Positions 1 through 12,404 of a stretch of 64,000 nucleotides of DNA are shown here, piece after piece. The number at the start of each line of letters is the position of its first letter. Within the stretch, counting starts at the first letter, position 1. The position numbers were made by a program, and so were the translations under genes. Below the pieces are notes generated by a model. The model was not told where the DNA came from and made no database searches. It worked only from the letters and a program-made list of their open reading frames with translations. This DNA is from Macrostomum lignano (lineage: Eukaryota): the NCBI GenBank assembly GCA_002269645.1, contig NIVC01000843.1, positions 248,001 to 312,000 on the forward strand. The letters are read 5' to 3'.

Positions 1-482
1 TAAATTTGGGGCTGAATTGGAATCTCGGCTTGGCTCTGCTCGTGCAATTAACGGCCTTGAAAGCCAACCCCCCAAGGCGCAGTGAAGTGTACATGCCTAA
101 CGATAAAATAAAGTGACAGTGTGAGTGTGTGCCTGCGTACGTATCCGCGCGCTTGTATGCCTGCTCAGGGGAGTCGGCGGAAAGGGCAGTAATGCCTCTC
201 GCCGGTTGTGTGCCTGTGTCGCTTAAAGTGCGCCAGGGTGCACACAACCCCCTGCCTTTAATAAAAATAAGAGTCGCGAAAAAGAATCGTCCAAGAATCG
301 TGATGGCACTTAAGATGTGACTAATTAATTTATCAAGTGACCCAGATGCGCTTTAAACGCTACTCAGTTCCTCTACAGCGACTCTATCACGCCTCAAATA
401 AAACTACGGCCCCAGAGTCGTTATAGCGTATATACGAGTATATCGCAGACAACAAAACGCTTCAAAGTGACTCAAACAAACC

Positions 483-720
483 CACTGGAACAGTTTGTGT
501 CCTTGAGCAAGACACTTAACTCTGCATTGCTTCAGTTCACCCAGCTGTAAAATGGGTGCCAGCATTAGCTGGGGTAATTGAGGGTGTGTGTGGCGACCCC
601 CCAGTCCTTGGACTGAACAGCCGTACGCAGCCTTCAGATGCGCCGCGCAATAGCTGCGGCTGAGCTGTCGGTTGCACATCTGGCCCAATTGGGACAGGTG
701 TAATCAATTATTATTATTAT
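483..720 (+). mobile_element. SINE, CORE-like body, 5'-truncated, (TTA)n tail
   Basis: tgtgtccttgagcaagacacttaac...cagctgtaaaatggg resembles the MIR/CORE domain; same family as the copies at 4.8, 8.2, 21.7 and 25.8 kb. Confidence 0.75.
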
Positions 721-730
721 TTGGCGGCTT

Positions 731-858
731 GTACCGAGGCATCCCGTCGTTTTAGAGTCGTCCTAAGTCACTTTCCTACTTTACGAGTACCTGTGTTACC
801 TGCAACGGCTCTGGGGCGACGCAACTGACTCTAACGGGACGCTTCTTGGCCTAGGTAC
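731..858. repeat. Short imperfect inverted repeat (possible MITE remnant)
   Basis: gtaccgaggcatcccgt..ttagagtc versus gactctaacgggacg..gcctaggtac. Confidence 0.4.
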
Positions 859-967
859 CGTTTGCTTCGGGCATACATACTCTAATTTTGCTACTTTTGA
901 CTGTGCAAAGTACATCTACTTCAAATTGTCTAATAATATCCTCGAAGCAGTGCTTGATAAGTGCACG

Positions 968-3799
968 TCAGAGTCCATCGTTGACAATTTCTAAATATTC
1001 TGTTGCGTCGCTTTGAGGCCGATTGACCTCCGTCTGATCATGGGACGACGTTGGAAGCAGCACGGAATACGTGACGGTCTTTGATTCCTGTATAAAGTTT
1101 GGGTATTGCACTGCTGTTATGTATCATGCGCTAATTATTCCAGAGTAGAACTTACATCTGCAAAATATGTTGTAGTCGCTGCTCTTGCTAGCTTCGGTTC
1201 TTGCTGCGGTTGTAACATTTCGTGGTTCACAGTTGCTGAATTCTCTTCAGAGGTTGGACTGGTACCAGTAGTCACGAGCAGTTGTACTGGCAAATCCTGC
1301 TGCAAATCATGTTTTCAAGTTGACACGTTTAGCATCAATGATTGAAAGTTAAATGTGGCGCTTTCTTTAAGAAGATGTATACCTTTTTTAATCGCCAAAT
1401 GATATTTACGACAAAGCCGCCCAAAACAGTCAATATAACGACGCCCAGCACGATTGCAACAATGAACACCAACTTATGTCGTTCTGTCTCATTGCAAATC
1501 TTCATACTTTTATTCCGATGGACGCTCCACAAAACTTTCGATTCGTTGTACTGAATTGCTTCACAATTTACCGTCAATACATTGCTAACGCTGCAATTCG
1601 GGCACAGCCAAACTGATTTAAATGTGTACGCTTTTGTTTTACTAACGTTAGCGATTAAGACCAGTGAAATACTGTTATTTAGCGAGTCGGAAGCTGCGCA
1701 GCTGTGCTCAGGAGCCGGCTCAGAATGCCAGGACTCGAATAAAAATTGTTAAGTCAGCGAGCCGGATGTGAGGCATTGACCATCGCTAGTGTTTGCAGAG
1801 ATTTTCAAATTTTCAGGCGGATCTGATATTTAAAAGACAAGTTGCTATTCATCCGAAATAGGTTATTTACCAACACACGTCAGTAGATTTATCATTTATG
1901 AACTTACAAAATACTTGGAGATGTCTGCTCTTGATGTCAAGCGGTTGTCCACTAAAACTGCTGCTGCAAGTGTAATTCCCAGCATCTTCTGGTCGAGCTT
2001 TTTCAATCATTTTTGTAGCAGGATGAGTATTGTTTCCCGAGGCAAGAGTGCGCCTGCTTGCCCGAGTGCCGAAATGCTCCAGTGTGACCCTAGTATTCGA
2101 ATCTCTGGTGCATTGCACGCTACAGTTCACAGCAAGTGAATAATTTATTGTTACCGATTGAAGCGGGATTTTAACTGCAAAGAGCAAAATATGCTTCTTT
2201 TTTTAAAATCGTTGATATAGTCCACTAAAAATCGCTTTGCGATTACAAATAGTGACTGATTTATAACTTTTTTATTGGTTTAGATCGAGCCACTTATAAA
2301 ACAAACTCAAGACAGACTCATGGATGTTACAAAGTTACTTACTTTGGGTGTAGACTTGCTCAATCCACATGTTCTCAAAATTCATGCAATTTTTTTCATC
2401 ATCACCCTCACTGGTGGCTTTCTTTCGGAGCAGTAGCATTCGAACCTACCATGAAAGCAATGAGGTGAAGATAATAAAGAGGTTAATCGTAGAAGTTGGA
2501 TGGATGCCCTATATTTTTTAGATATGGCCATACTTTTAGACAACCAGACTTACTCACTTCCCTCAAAAATGATCAAAACTGATCTGTGGTCGAGCACTAT
2601 TGCAACCTAAATTCACTGCAAATGAAGCTAAGTCTATGTGATCTTGTTGCTTTTTCTGAATCACCCAACCGCTTGGTTATCCGGATAAAACCACAAATTG
2701 AGTGCAAAATTTGCACCTGAAGATGAAGGCTTACGTACCCCTGGCCTGACGCAATCGACAGTGAGGTTATCTGCCGAAGATACTTCTTGTGGAGTCTTGC
2801 CGCAGAAATCCCACGAGCGGTTCTCTGCTTGTTCAAAGTTAGCCAGTCTGTTCTTAGTATCGCAGTGGTTTTGTCCGAAGTTCATCCCGTCTGTCTTGGA
2901 TGTCCATATCTCAATTTCTGCTGCTCGAGGGTTTAATATGCCACTTTTGTCTTTCTCTTCCCCGGTATGCAGCTCTGACGTAGTTTGAATGAAATGAAAA
3001 CCAATTGTTAAAGTCAAATCAATACTTTGACGTAAGAATCACTTCGTTTTTAGTGTATCGGATGGCGCAATACATGCTACAATGAATGTACAAGCAATTG
3101 ACCAAGAATATTGAAAACTTTCTCTGAAACGCACACAGAACGACTGCTTACCGCAGTTGTGGAAACTTAAAAGGCAGGGCCTTACGGGTGTACCACGTGA
3201 AAATAGCTACAAAACTATAACAAATTATATTATTTGGTAATTTAAACTGTCACAAGGTGCACTTCACAAAACGAAAAGGTGAGTGCTTTACTGTGTCGAT
3301 TTTTTTTATTGTAATTGATCATCACAACTACATTAAACAAACTCGTAAAACTCTGCATAGGCTATAGTTAAAAAATGCATTGAAAATAAACTCACTTCTA
3401 GCAGTGATGGTGACTGAGCTGATCAGTTTCTGCTCCTTTAGCTTTATCACAAACCAATGAAATCCATTGTCCGTATAGTTCAAGCCAACTTTAGAATGTA
3501 AGAATCTGAAGTCATCTGTCTTAGTTGCTTGATTTTTAAAGCACGTTGACTCAGTATTTCTATCATAAAAACTTGAAGACTGCCACGAATCACCGACTGT
3601 GTCTCTGGTGATGTATTCTCTACCTAAAATTTTTAAACAGCAAAGCTACATGTAAACATGATAAAAGTTGTTTAACTCAAACGTACGGTTACTCTCCGAA
3701 AATGATATCATATAATTCACACTCACATGCTTTGAAGTCTCCTGTAGTTTGTCTTATAAAAATTCCCACAGAAAAGCAGATGGTTGCCAGAATATTCAT
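968..3799 (-). pseudogene. Receptor gene A: SP - F-type-lectin-like domain - Ig1 - Ig2 - TM - ITIM/ITSM tail, with an in-frame TAA at 1749-1751
   Basis: Eight GT-AG exons with consistent phases: 3799-3727 (MNILATICFSVGIFIRQTTGDFKA), 3623-3396 (SWQSSSFY...FHWFVIKL...ISSVTITAR), 2974-2739, 2445-2343 (VRMLLLRK...CMNFENMW), 2174-1908 (C...DAGNYTC Ig), 1822-1383 (YPP... Ig2+TM, one stop), 1296-1156, 1087-968 (VTYSVL...TEYLEI). Confidence 0.8.
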
Positions 3800-4354
3800 C
3801 ACTGGAGCGGGAAAATAAAGTCACTGGTTCACGACAACTGCGGTGGAATCTGCTAGATAGATGGTAACCCAGATAATTTATAGCTACAGTGCAAGTCTCA
3901 GAATATTCTGTGGTGCAAATATATACCATACTAGATTGTTTATACCTTTGCTGGCCACTTTCAAATCTGAATAATCGATTCGATAGCAATGAATTTCTAA
4001 AATTTTCAAACGAAAATAGTTGTATTAACTGCATTTAAACTGTGCATCGGTGTGCCTAGCACTTCATCCTTTCTTCACATTCGAACAAATACACGTATAG
4101 TGCCAGCAAAAATGAAAATAGTTTGCAAGGTATTATATCTTCTGCCTTTTCAGTTTCAAATAAACCTTTTTTAACCAAAGTTATGATCACTTGAGGAATC
4201 GAATTAAGTTTAAAATTATTTTGACATCGTGTTTGCTGCAGTCATTTTACCGTTAATTTTGAATTTTGGACCTACAAGCAATATATAAGTGTGCTACTAA
4301 AAGTAGTAAGCTGAAACCCTGCAAAACAAAGAGGTGTAAATGGTTCATGCTTGA

Positions 4355-4508
4355 GCGCAACCTTGGGATTCACCCGGCCGTTTCTATTGGCAACACACAT
4401 GTAAGTCGCTATTGGCTAAGAGTAGTCACGTGACTACTATTCCGTCCAATAGCGACTTACATGTGTGTGTTGCCAATAGAAACGGCTGAGTGATTCCCAA
4501 GGTTGCGC
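4355..4508. mobile_element. About 155-bp near-perfect hairpin (MITE-like)
   Basis: The arms gcgcaaccttggga...gtttctattggcaacacacatgtaagtcgctattgg are mirrored around the palindrome agtagtcacgtgactact. Confidence 0.75.
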
Positions 4509-4807
4509 ATGTATGAAATGGTTGTATGCAGCTGAAGTTCAGCCTACATTTTTGTATTTCTATAAACTTATAAAATTCAAGCCGAAGTCTCAGACTTCGA
4601 GAAGTCCCAAAGGAGACAAGAGGAAGTTCACTAGGACTAAATCTCTGAGTGAAAAACTCCTACCGTTCGGTAAGCGTCATTCGTCTTTGTACTTGCATGA
4701 TTTGGACTTATCTATTGTCAGAAAACTGATGACATTGTTAGGGAAACCGCTGAATTCGGCCAATTTCATACAGAGAGACTATACTCGTGCAGACCTCAAT
4801 TAATTTT

Positions 4808-5118
4808 TAATAATAATAGACTATACCTGTCCCGATTGGGTCAGATGTTCAACTGACAGCCCAGCCGCAGCTATTGCGGTGCGGTGCATCTGAAGGCTGC
4901 GTACGGCTGTTCAGTCCAAGGACTGGGGGGTCACCACACACACCCTCAATTACCCCAGCTAATGCTGGCACCCATTTTACAGCTGGGTGAACTGAAGCAA
5001 TGCAGAGTTGTAAATGCCTTGCTCAAGAACACAATTTTTTTCTAGTGCATGGGATCGGGAATCAAACCCCTGACCTTCAAGTCGTAAGTCCGACGCTCTA
5101 ACCATTAGGCTATAGACT
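4808..5118 (-). mobile_element. tRNA-derived CORE-like SINE, near full length
   Basis: The minus strand begins with A-box-like tagcctaatggttagagc and B-box-like ggtttgattccc, followed by the CORE-like body and an AT-rich tail. Confidence 0.8.
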
Positions 5119-6255
5119 CTTATTCATTATTCTTCTTAATATACCCCCGGTAGAACTAACTACATTCGCGACAGCTCATATACAATATATTTTTTTAAAT
5201 GTCAACTAAAAGCCAAGCAGAGTGCAAACTAAAAATTGTCATTGAAGAATTCAGTAGCTAATTGATCACAATTAAACTTTTAAACCGCAATTTAGCTCGC
5301 AGATTTATAAATTTCCAGCATAGGATAAATCGAAATTCTGCTGCAGCTAGCTATGGTGTTTTCTAAAAACTGCATGAATGTTTTCGTAATGTTGAAATTT
5401 TTCTTGCTTTTCGCAGCTGTTCAATTTATACTACTGAGAAAAGTAGACAAAGAAATATTTGAATAGTAAAATCTCTCCCACAGCCCGAAAAATGTCGCCA
5501 TAAAAGTTTTGCCGTTTGAGATACGTGTAGATTCACAAACTCTCAGTGGCTCTTATGCTTTTTATAGTGTATTGACACTTTAAATAAATAGCATGATGTT
5601 GGTATGAAATAATATTTAGATTATAGTAAATATCGGTCTAGTCTAGAGTTAAATGTATCTTAATTTAAACATCAGAGCTATTAAAATTGAAGCAATGAGG
5701 GGCAAACAGTTTGTGTGTGCATGCTTGCATCTGAAATACTGAGAGCGTTGGGAGCGGCTTGGAAAAAATCTGACGTAGAACAAACAGATCGGTTACCATA
5801 GCTACCGTAGCTACCATACAAAAGGTGTGGCTCGTATTGGTACATGCTCAAAGCCTATTGAGTATTTATTGAATAACTAATCATTAAAATCAATTATGGT
5901 TACAGAGCAGAGGTTTAGTGACAAAGACCACTAAAAGGCTTTCTTATAACGGGGACCTTGGTGTTTATATCGTTTTCATTAACATACAATAACTGTTTTT
6001 CAAACCTGATAACTTCCATTTAAAAAGTCAAATTTGAGTTGGTAGGACTAAAAAACGATCAAGTTTAAGAAACTATTTATGAGAGTTGTGACAGTCCTAC
6101 TTTATGAGAGTCCTAAAGTATCAAAGATGATTAATAATTATTATTTTAAGGTCAAGAATAAATACAATCGTTATCAATACATGAATAATACATTATAAAA
6201 TCTGTCTCAAAATTCTTTATTAAAGTTTCTCGACTCAACAGTTAGGAGCTTGTAT

Positions 6256-9200
6256 TTAGCCATTCTCAGCATCTATCAGAGGCCCATCAGATACAATCTC
6301 AATGTAATCGGTGCAGTCGCTGACAGGTCGCGTGCTCGCGCCCGACGTCTCTTGTAGAATATCAGCGTTGAATTTGCCATTAGCTTTAGGTACCAGGGCT
6401 GTATATATGCATTCAGTTTCGTTCTGAAGTGAAGAAAATACGCGTAAAAATCTGTGACCAGAAGCTGCCTCACGTGCAGTGAGTTAAGGTAGCTACGTGT
6501 TCTGCTGGTAATCACATACCCCGTACGCAGAGTTCAGTCGACTGTTGGAAGCCTGATCGAAACTCTCTGTAGATCGCGGAGGCTCTCGTGGTAGTGCTTC
6601 ATCAGCTTGATCTTGGGCTACAGCTGGCTTTGTTTCAACTTCCTGAGACTTTTGCGGTTGCACCTGAACTGCCGGCTTCTAAAGTTTATAAAATAATTTA
6701 AAACTTCTGTGTAAATTTCAGTACAAGATCGTTATAAGAAATTCATTGGAATTCACCTTTCTCATCTGGTAGATGATCGCTAGAGCAAGAATGCCCACCG
6801 CAACCACTGTCGATACGGTTAAGACGAATGCCAACCATAAGGGTTCTTTCTGCTGTTTCGAGCCAACCGACTTCGTCTCTGAATATTTTACAGTGTTCAG
6901 TGTGGCTAAAAATCTCAACTAAAAATCCTAAATAAGTATAAAAATACGAGTAATACTCTAGTCTATCCTTATTTTACCCAGATAGTTTTCCACTGACGTT
7001 AGATACTGTACTACACGTAGTCCCTGCTAAACGTGTCAACGATTTTTACATTACATTACATTACAGTATAATATTTCTCCAATGCGTATTTTAAGTCCGT
7101 CATGACTTGTGAGACGTAAAGGACTTGCGTACCACATCTAGATATTGAAAGAATTTCGGTGATGGTCGAATGCCAGGGCACTCCTGACTGAACAGCCGTG
7201 CAATTTATAGTTAAATTCGACAAGCCGATGGCTGTACAACAGTCATAGCAGGTCCAACTGGATTTTTTCACTGAACCGTTGTCAAAAGAGTTGTTCAATT
7301 CCTCGGCTGTGACAGCAACAGTGGCGTTAATTTCACTTGAAAAATTGCCATTCACAGAGCAGCTGTGATTCGCTACTGGCTCTGACTCGGATGACTTGAA
7401 CTCGAAAGTCAGCAGTTGGCTGGAAGAGTTGGTGTCGCAGTTGCTGGACTTGACTATCCCGATTGTAAGGTCCATCGGAGGATCTGAAATACGGTAGAGT
7501 CTTTTAATTATAAGAAGTCATAGTTTACCAAGAATATTAAGAGGGGCTAAAATAGTGATGCAACTAGTAAATGAATGATATAAAAGAAATCTTTAAAAAG
7601 TGGCTGCTCCGAGCTTGATGTAGTTAGCATACTGGAAGTTACGCAAATGTATTAGTTAAAATTAGAATTTCATGTTTATTTAGTACGTCTCAGATAATGC
7701 TCACTTCTTAAATTTGTTTCATACATTAAACATATAAACAGTCTTGAGCCTAATCCCTTTTAAGTGCATCAACTCACACAGCACGCGAAGATACTTAGAG
7801 CTCAACACGACACCACCTGCTCTGCAGGTGTAGTTTCCCGCATCTGATGGTTGCACATGCGAAATCTCATAAGCCTGGCTTCCGTTTGCAAGAGTTCGAT
7901 TCTCGTCGTCGCGAGTCAGAGTGATCAGTGAGGTATTTATTGAGCAGTTTGATAGGCAGCTCACTGTCACACTTGAGTTCTGTTTCACTTGTCCAATTGA
8001 AGATCCGTTCAATGTTTGAAAATCAGCTGGAGAGATCAGATATGATTAGCGGTACATTGGATGGGAACTATCTTAAGATTTTAATTTTATATAGCGACTC
8101 ACTTTGAACGCCATGGAGACCGATCCACATATCGACAAAGTTCATGCACTGCCTTTGTGGCACAGTTTCATTGGCGACATATTTTCGAAGTAGTATTATC
8201 CGAACCTAATAAATAATAATAAGTAATTAATTTAATATTTACACCCACCCCATTTGGGCCAGATGTGCAACCGACAGCTCAGCCGCAGCTATTTGCGCGG
8301 TGCATCTGAAGGCTGCGTACGGCTGTTCAGTCCAAGGACTGGGAAGTCGCTCACACAACCTCAATTACCCCAGCTAATGCTGGCACCCACTTTACAGCTG
8401 AAGCAATGCAGAGTTAAGGGTCTTGCTCAAGGACACAAATAGTTTCAGTGCGATCGGGAATCGAACCCCCAACCTTCCAGTCGAGAGTCTGATGCAAACC
8501 ACCAGGCTACCACCCCCTGTACCAAACTGAGAACTTAATAAATTCTAAAATATTCTATATTTTGCCTATAATTTGGTGGATAAAGTTGGATCATTTCTAC
8601 TCTATTTAAACTTCACGCAAAAAATCGTTACCTGATCCCTGATACAAGGAACTGTCAGTGTTTCTCCATGAGAAACATTTGTTGGCGTTTTGCCGCAAAA
8701 CTCCCATGTCCCGCTCTCTGCATTATCATACACAGAGCTGATGCTCTTTGAGTTGCAGTTCTCCGACCCGAAATCCAGGTCCGCCTGAGACGTCCAGATC
8801 TCAATGTCTGCGGCTCGAGCGTTTAAATCGTCTCCAAAATTCGTAAGTTCTGTCTCGCTTAAGCCTGTTAAAATTTATAAATTGATAAAATAAAAACGTT
8901 AAAAAGCCTGATTTGAAAGTTTATTCACAAATTTTGCAATTAGACTCACTTCTGACTTTGACATTCACAGAGCTGATCAGTTCAGGCTTCTTTAGCTTTA
9001 TCACAAACCAGTGAAATCCTGCATCGGCTCCCGCATCATTTCCGTTTTTGCCCTCCTCTGTGTGCAAATATAGGTAGCTGCCGACTTGGTCACCACCAAC
9101 GGGCCGCTTGTAAAAGCAATATGCCTGCCTATTATTATTCAAAATCGACGACTGCCAGGAGCTTTCAATGGAGCCTTTCCGAACTTCCATTTGGCCTGAA

Positions 9201-9690
9201 ATGTTGCAAATGTCACTTTAGACACGGCAAAACACGCATAGTATAGTAAGAGCCGCTCAGTGGTAAACTCGTCTGACTCTGTCGCCACATTCACATTCAT
9301 TTGGGGCTTGCTGACGAAGATTCAGACCCACAAGGGCCAACCCCCAAGGCACAGAGAGTGTACATGTCTGACGATTAGAAAGTCAGAGGACCGCTGTACA
9401 CCCTGTGGCAGCGTGTATGAGTGCTGTGTCTGCGTACAGAGTATTGGGGCACTTGTATGTGCTTAGGAGTCAGCATAATGTGCAAAATTGTCCTTGTGGG
9501 ACGATGTCACCGAAGGCGCTGCGACAGGGTTCCTACTGTCCTTGTTAATCGTATTATTGAAACAGTTTTAGACACCAAAACCACTGCAGCTTGTACACAT
9601 GTACTTACATCTTTGACAACTCACTGATCCAAGAAATGTTATGACCAATGCAGTCACCCAGATCCATGAGAACGATATAAGTCGATTCAT
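6256..9690 (-). CDS. Receptor gene B, apparently intact: SP - F-type-lectin-like - Ig1 - Ig2 - TM - ITSM tail
   Basis: Exons 9690-9609 (MNRLISFSWIWVTALVITFLGSVSCQR), 9195-8950, 8864-8632, 8205-8103, 8026-7778 (DAGNYTC), 7483-~7133, ~6905-6757 (TM LWLAFVLTVSTVVAVGILALAIIY), 6678-6520, 6423-6256 (CIYTAL...TDYIEI). Phases are consistent and no stops were seen. The exon 6 donor and exon 7 acceptor are less certain. Confidence 0.85.
8207..8516 (-). mobile_element. tRNA-derived SINE in intron 3 of gene B
   Basis: Head ggtggtagcctggtgg...ggttcgattccc; body matches the other copies. Confidence 0.8.
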
Positions 9691-10177
9691 ATTTAAATTC
9701 AACCCTAGCTGACAATGTTTTTCGAGTGATGCAGTTCCGAGAACTGAGTGAGAGAATATTAAATTGTTGTTATTTTCGTTCGGCAGCGCTTTTCTAGAAA
9801 TATTCGAAACCGTTTGAAACTGGTGCAACGTGTTCATTGATGAAATCAGTAAATTTAGTTGCCAATGCTTGCACAGATAGTAACTTTATTTATATATAAG
9901 TAGATTATAATTTATTAATTCCGGTCAAAAGCTAAAAATGACACTAAGAAGTATTGTGAAGGGCTGCAGACGGTAACTGTTAAAGATAACTTCAACTGCT
10001 ATTTAAAGTAAGCCTTACTAATTCTAGAAACCGCAAGCTTGCCATACTCGGCCGATTGGAAATAGCTTTATAGTTGTGCTTATTTGATTTCGTGTGATTT
10101 TACAGTTCTCAGAAAACTTGCCAAGCATTTTTAGAATTTTGCATTTAGTGAATTTTGCATTTAGTGCATTTTGCATT

Positions 10178-10358
10178 GGTGCTGGCGCCCCTTGGTGCTG
10201 GCGCCCCTTGGTGCTAAAGCCCCTTGGTGCTAAAGCCCCTTGGTGCTAAAGCCCCTTGGTGCTAAAGCCCCTTGGTGCTAAAGCCCCTTGGTGCTAAAGC
10301 CCCTTGGTGCTAAAGCCCCTTGGTGCTAAAGCCCCTTGGTGCTAAAGCCCCTTGGTGC
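10178..10358. repeat. 16-bp tandem repeat (GCTAAAGCCCCTTGGT), about 11 copies
   Basis: Read directly; the first units are gctggcgccccttggt variants. Confidence 0.95.
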
Positions 10359-10799
10359 TGCAACTACTATCTATGAGAGAACACGTTAAGTAAATTCACA
10401 CGCCAAAATTGCTTTGCTAAAACTTCCATCCAATCCTTCACAGACACAGATAACCAGAATAAACTTACTAAATCAAACAAATTATACTATTAATACCATT
10501 TTATAAAGTGAATCTTTAGTTATCAATAACATAAACCGACGGGCATCAAGTGACATTATTAAACAATCACAGATTTATCTTGATTTGGATTTTCAGCATC
10601 AATAAAAATCGTTTGAACACTGTAATTAGCTTGTAAACAAATTAGCTAAAATAAGAACTAGCAGAGATTTATTTGAAATAGCGTAATGAGATCAAGCAGT
10701 TTCTGTGGTGCAAAGCCGATGGAAATTTGCACTTGCTTATACGACCCATTTGACTTCTGCGGGAAAAGCAGTAAAATATTCTGCGGGAAAAGCGGAAAA

Positions 10800-11905
10800 A
10801 CACTTCGATGCCAGACACTTCAGTAACAGACACTTCAGTAACAGACACTTCAGTAGCAGACACATCAGTAGCAGACACTTCAGTAACAGACACTTCAGTA
10901 GCAGACACATCAGTAGCAGACACTTCAGTAACAGACACTTCAGTAACAGACACTTCAGTAGCAGACACTTAGGTGCCAGACATTTTGGTGACAGACATTT
11001 TGGTGACAGACATTTCAGTAACAGACACTTTAGTAACAAACACTTCAGTAACAGACACTTCAGTAACAGACACTTCAGTAACAGACACTTTGGTGCCAGA
11101 GACTTCGGTGCCAGACATTTCGATGCCAGACACTTCGGTGCCAGACATTTTGGTGACAGACACTTCAGTAACAGACACTTCAGTAACAGACACTTCAGTA
11201 ACAGACACTTCAGTAACAGACACTTCGGTGCCAGAGACTTCGGTGCCAGACACTTTAGTAACAGACACTTCGGTGCCAGAAATTTTGGTGACAGACACTT
11301 CAGTAACAGACATTTTGGTGACGGACACTTCAGTAACAGACACTTCGGTACCAGACACTTCAGTAACAGACACTTCAGTAAGCAGACACTTCAGTAACAG
11401 ACACTTCAGTAACAGACACTTCAGTAGCAGACACTTAGGTGCCAGACACTTCGGTGCCAGACATTTTGGTGACAGACACTTCAGTAACAGACATTTCGGT
11501 GCCAGACACTACGATGCCAGACACTTCAGTGCCAGATGCTTCGATGCCAGACACTTCGGTGCCAGAAATTTTGGTGACAGACACTTCAGTAACAGACATT
11601 TTGGTGACGGACACTTCAGTAACAGACACTTCGGTACCAGACACTTCAGTAACAGACACTTCAGTAACAGACACTTCAGTAGCAGACACTTCAGTAGCAG
11701 ACACTTCAGTAACAGACACTTCAGTAGCAGACACTTAGGTGCCAGACACTTCGGTGCCAGAAATTTTGGTGACAGACACTTCAGTAACAGACACTTCAGT
11801 AACAGACATTTCGGTGCCAGACACTTCGATGCCAGACACTTTGGTGCCAGACACTTCAGTAACAGACATTTCGGTGCCAGACACTTCGATGCCAGACACT
11901 TCGAT
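10800..11905. repeat. 15-bp minisatellite (CAGACACTTC + AGTAA/GGTGC/GATGC variants)
   Basis: Read directly; ends in gtcgagtcactttagaacc, as does the copy at 24.3 kb. Confidence 0.95.
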
Positions 11906-12133
11906 GTCGAGTCACTTTAGAACCTGCTGGTTGTAACTGGATACTACTCGTAAAAGGTGTTAGCCACTGCAGCTTAATTTACTTTGATACTTCTTGTTTT
12001 ATTGTAGAAATGGTATTGATGTGGATTAGCAATTATGAAATACGAGAAATTGCGTGATACACATGTACATTGAATGGTATACAATGTTTTGTTATACTGC
12101 TTTTCAAAGCTTAAGCAATGGTTCTATGAATAC

Positions 12134-12404
12134 TCAGTAAATAAGAGAAATCGCCCACACTTTAATTTGAAAAGTGTTCTTTCGGAGAATAAAAATGCAA
12201 CAAAAATTATTCGCCAATATTAATATCAGTATAACGCCAAATATTCTATAATTATTTAACATTAAAAGGAGACCATCATGGACGTGTCTGGCTTCATAAG
12301 CAGAAGTCCTGTTCAGCCTACTAGCTAATGGGTGTAATCCATCGAATTCATATAAGATCCAGACATTATCGACCGGGTTTGATTCCATCTTGCTGTAAAA
12401 TGCC
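12134..12404 (-). other. Possible orphan exon ending in a hydrophobic segment (also in duplicate ~24530-24815)
   Basis: An AG acceptor is followed by an open frame ending IFGVILILILANNFCCIFILRK; no partner exons were found. Confidence 0.25.

Noticed and set aside
1-330. ORF 129-320 and its resemblance to 9295-9470
   Set aside because: No protein motif; only a short shared stretch (gccaacccccaaggc..gtgtacatg), too little to classify.
2597-2717. Apparent extra exon in gene A (VQILHSICGFIRI...)
   Set aside because: It would need a 22-nt intron; the true 103-nt homologous exon is at 2445-2343.
5045-5118. tRNA gene (also ~8450-8516)
   Set aside because: The A/B boxes are the head of a SINE continuous with a CORE-like body; no complete cloverleaf.
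10669-11936. Long ORFs with RHFSN / PDTSV / TEVS repeats (also 23498-24344)
   Set aside because: They arise because a 15-bp unit is stop-free in several frames; open on both strands, and the two copies differ freely.
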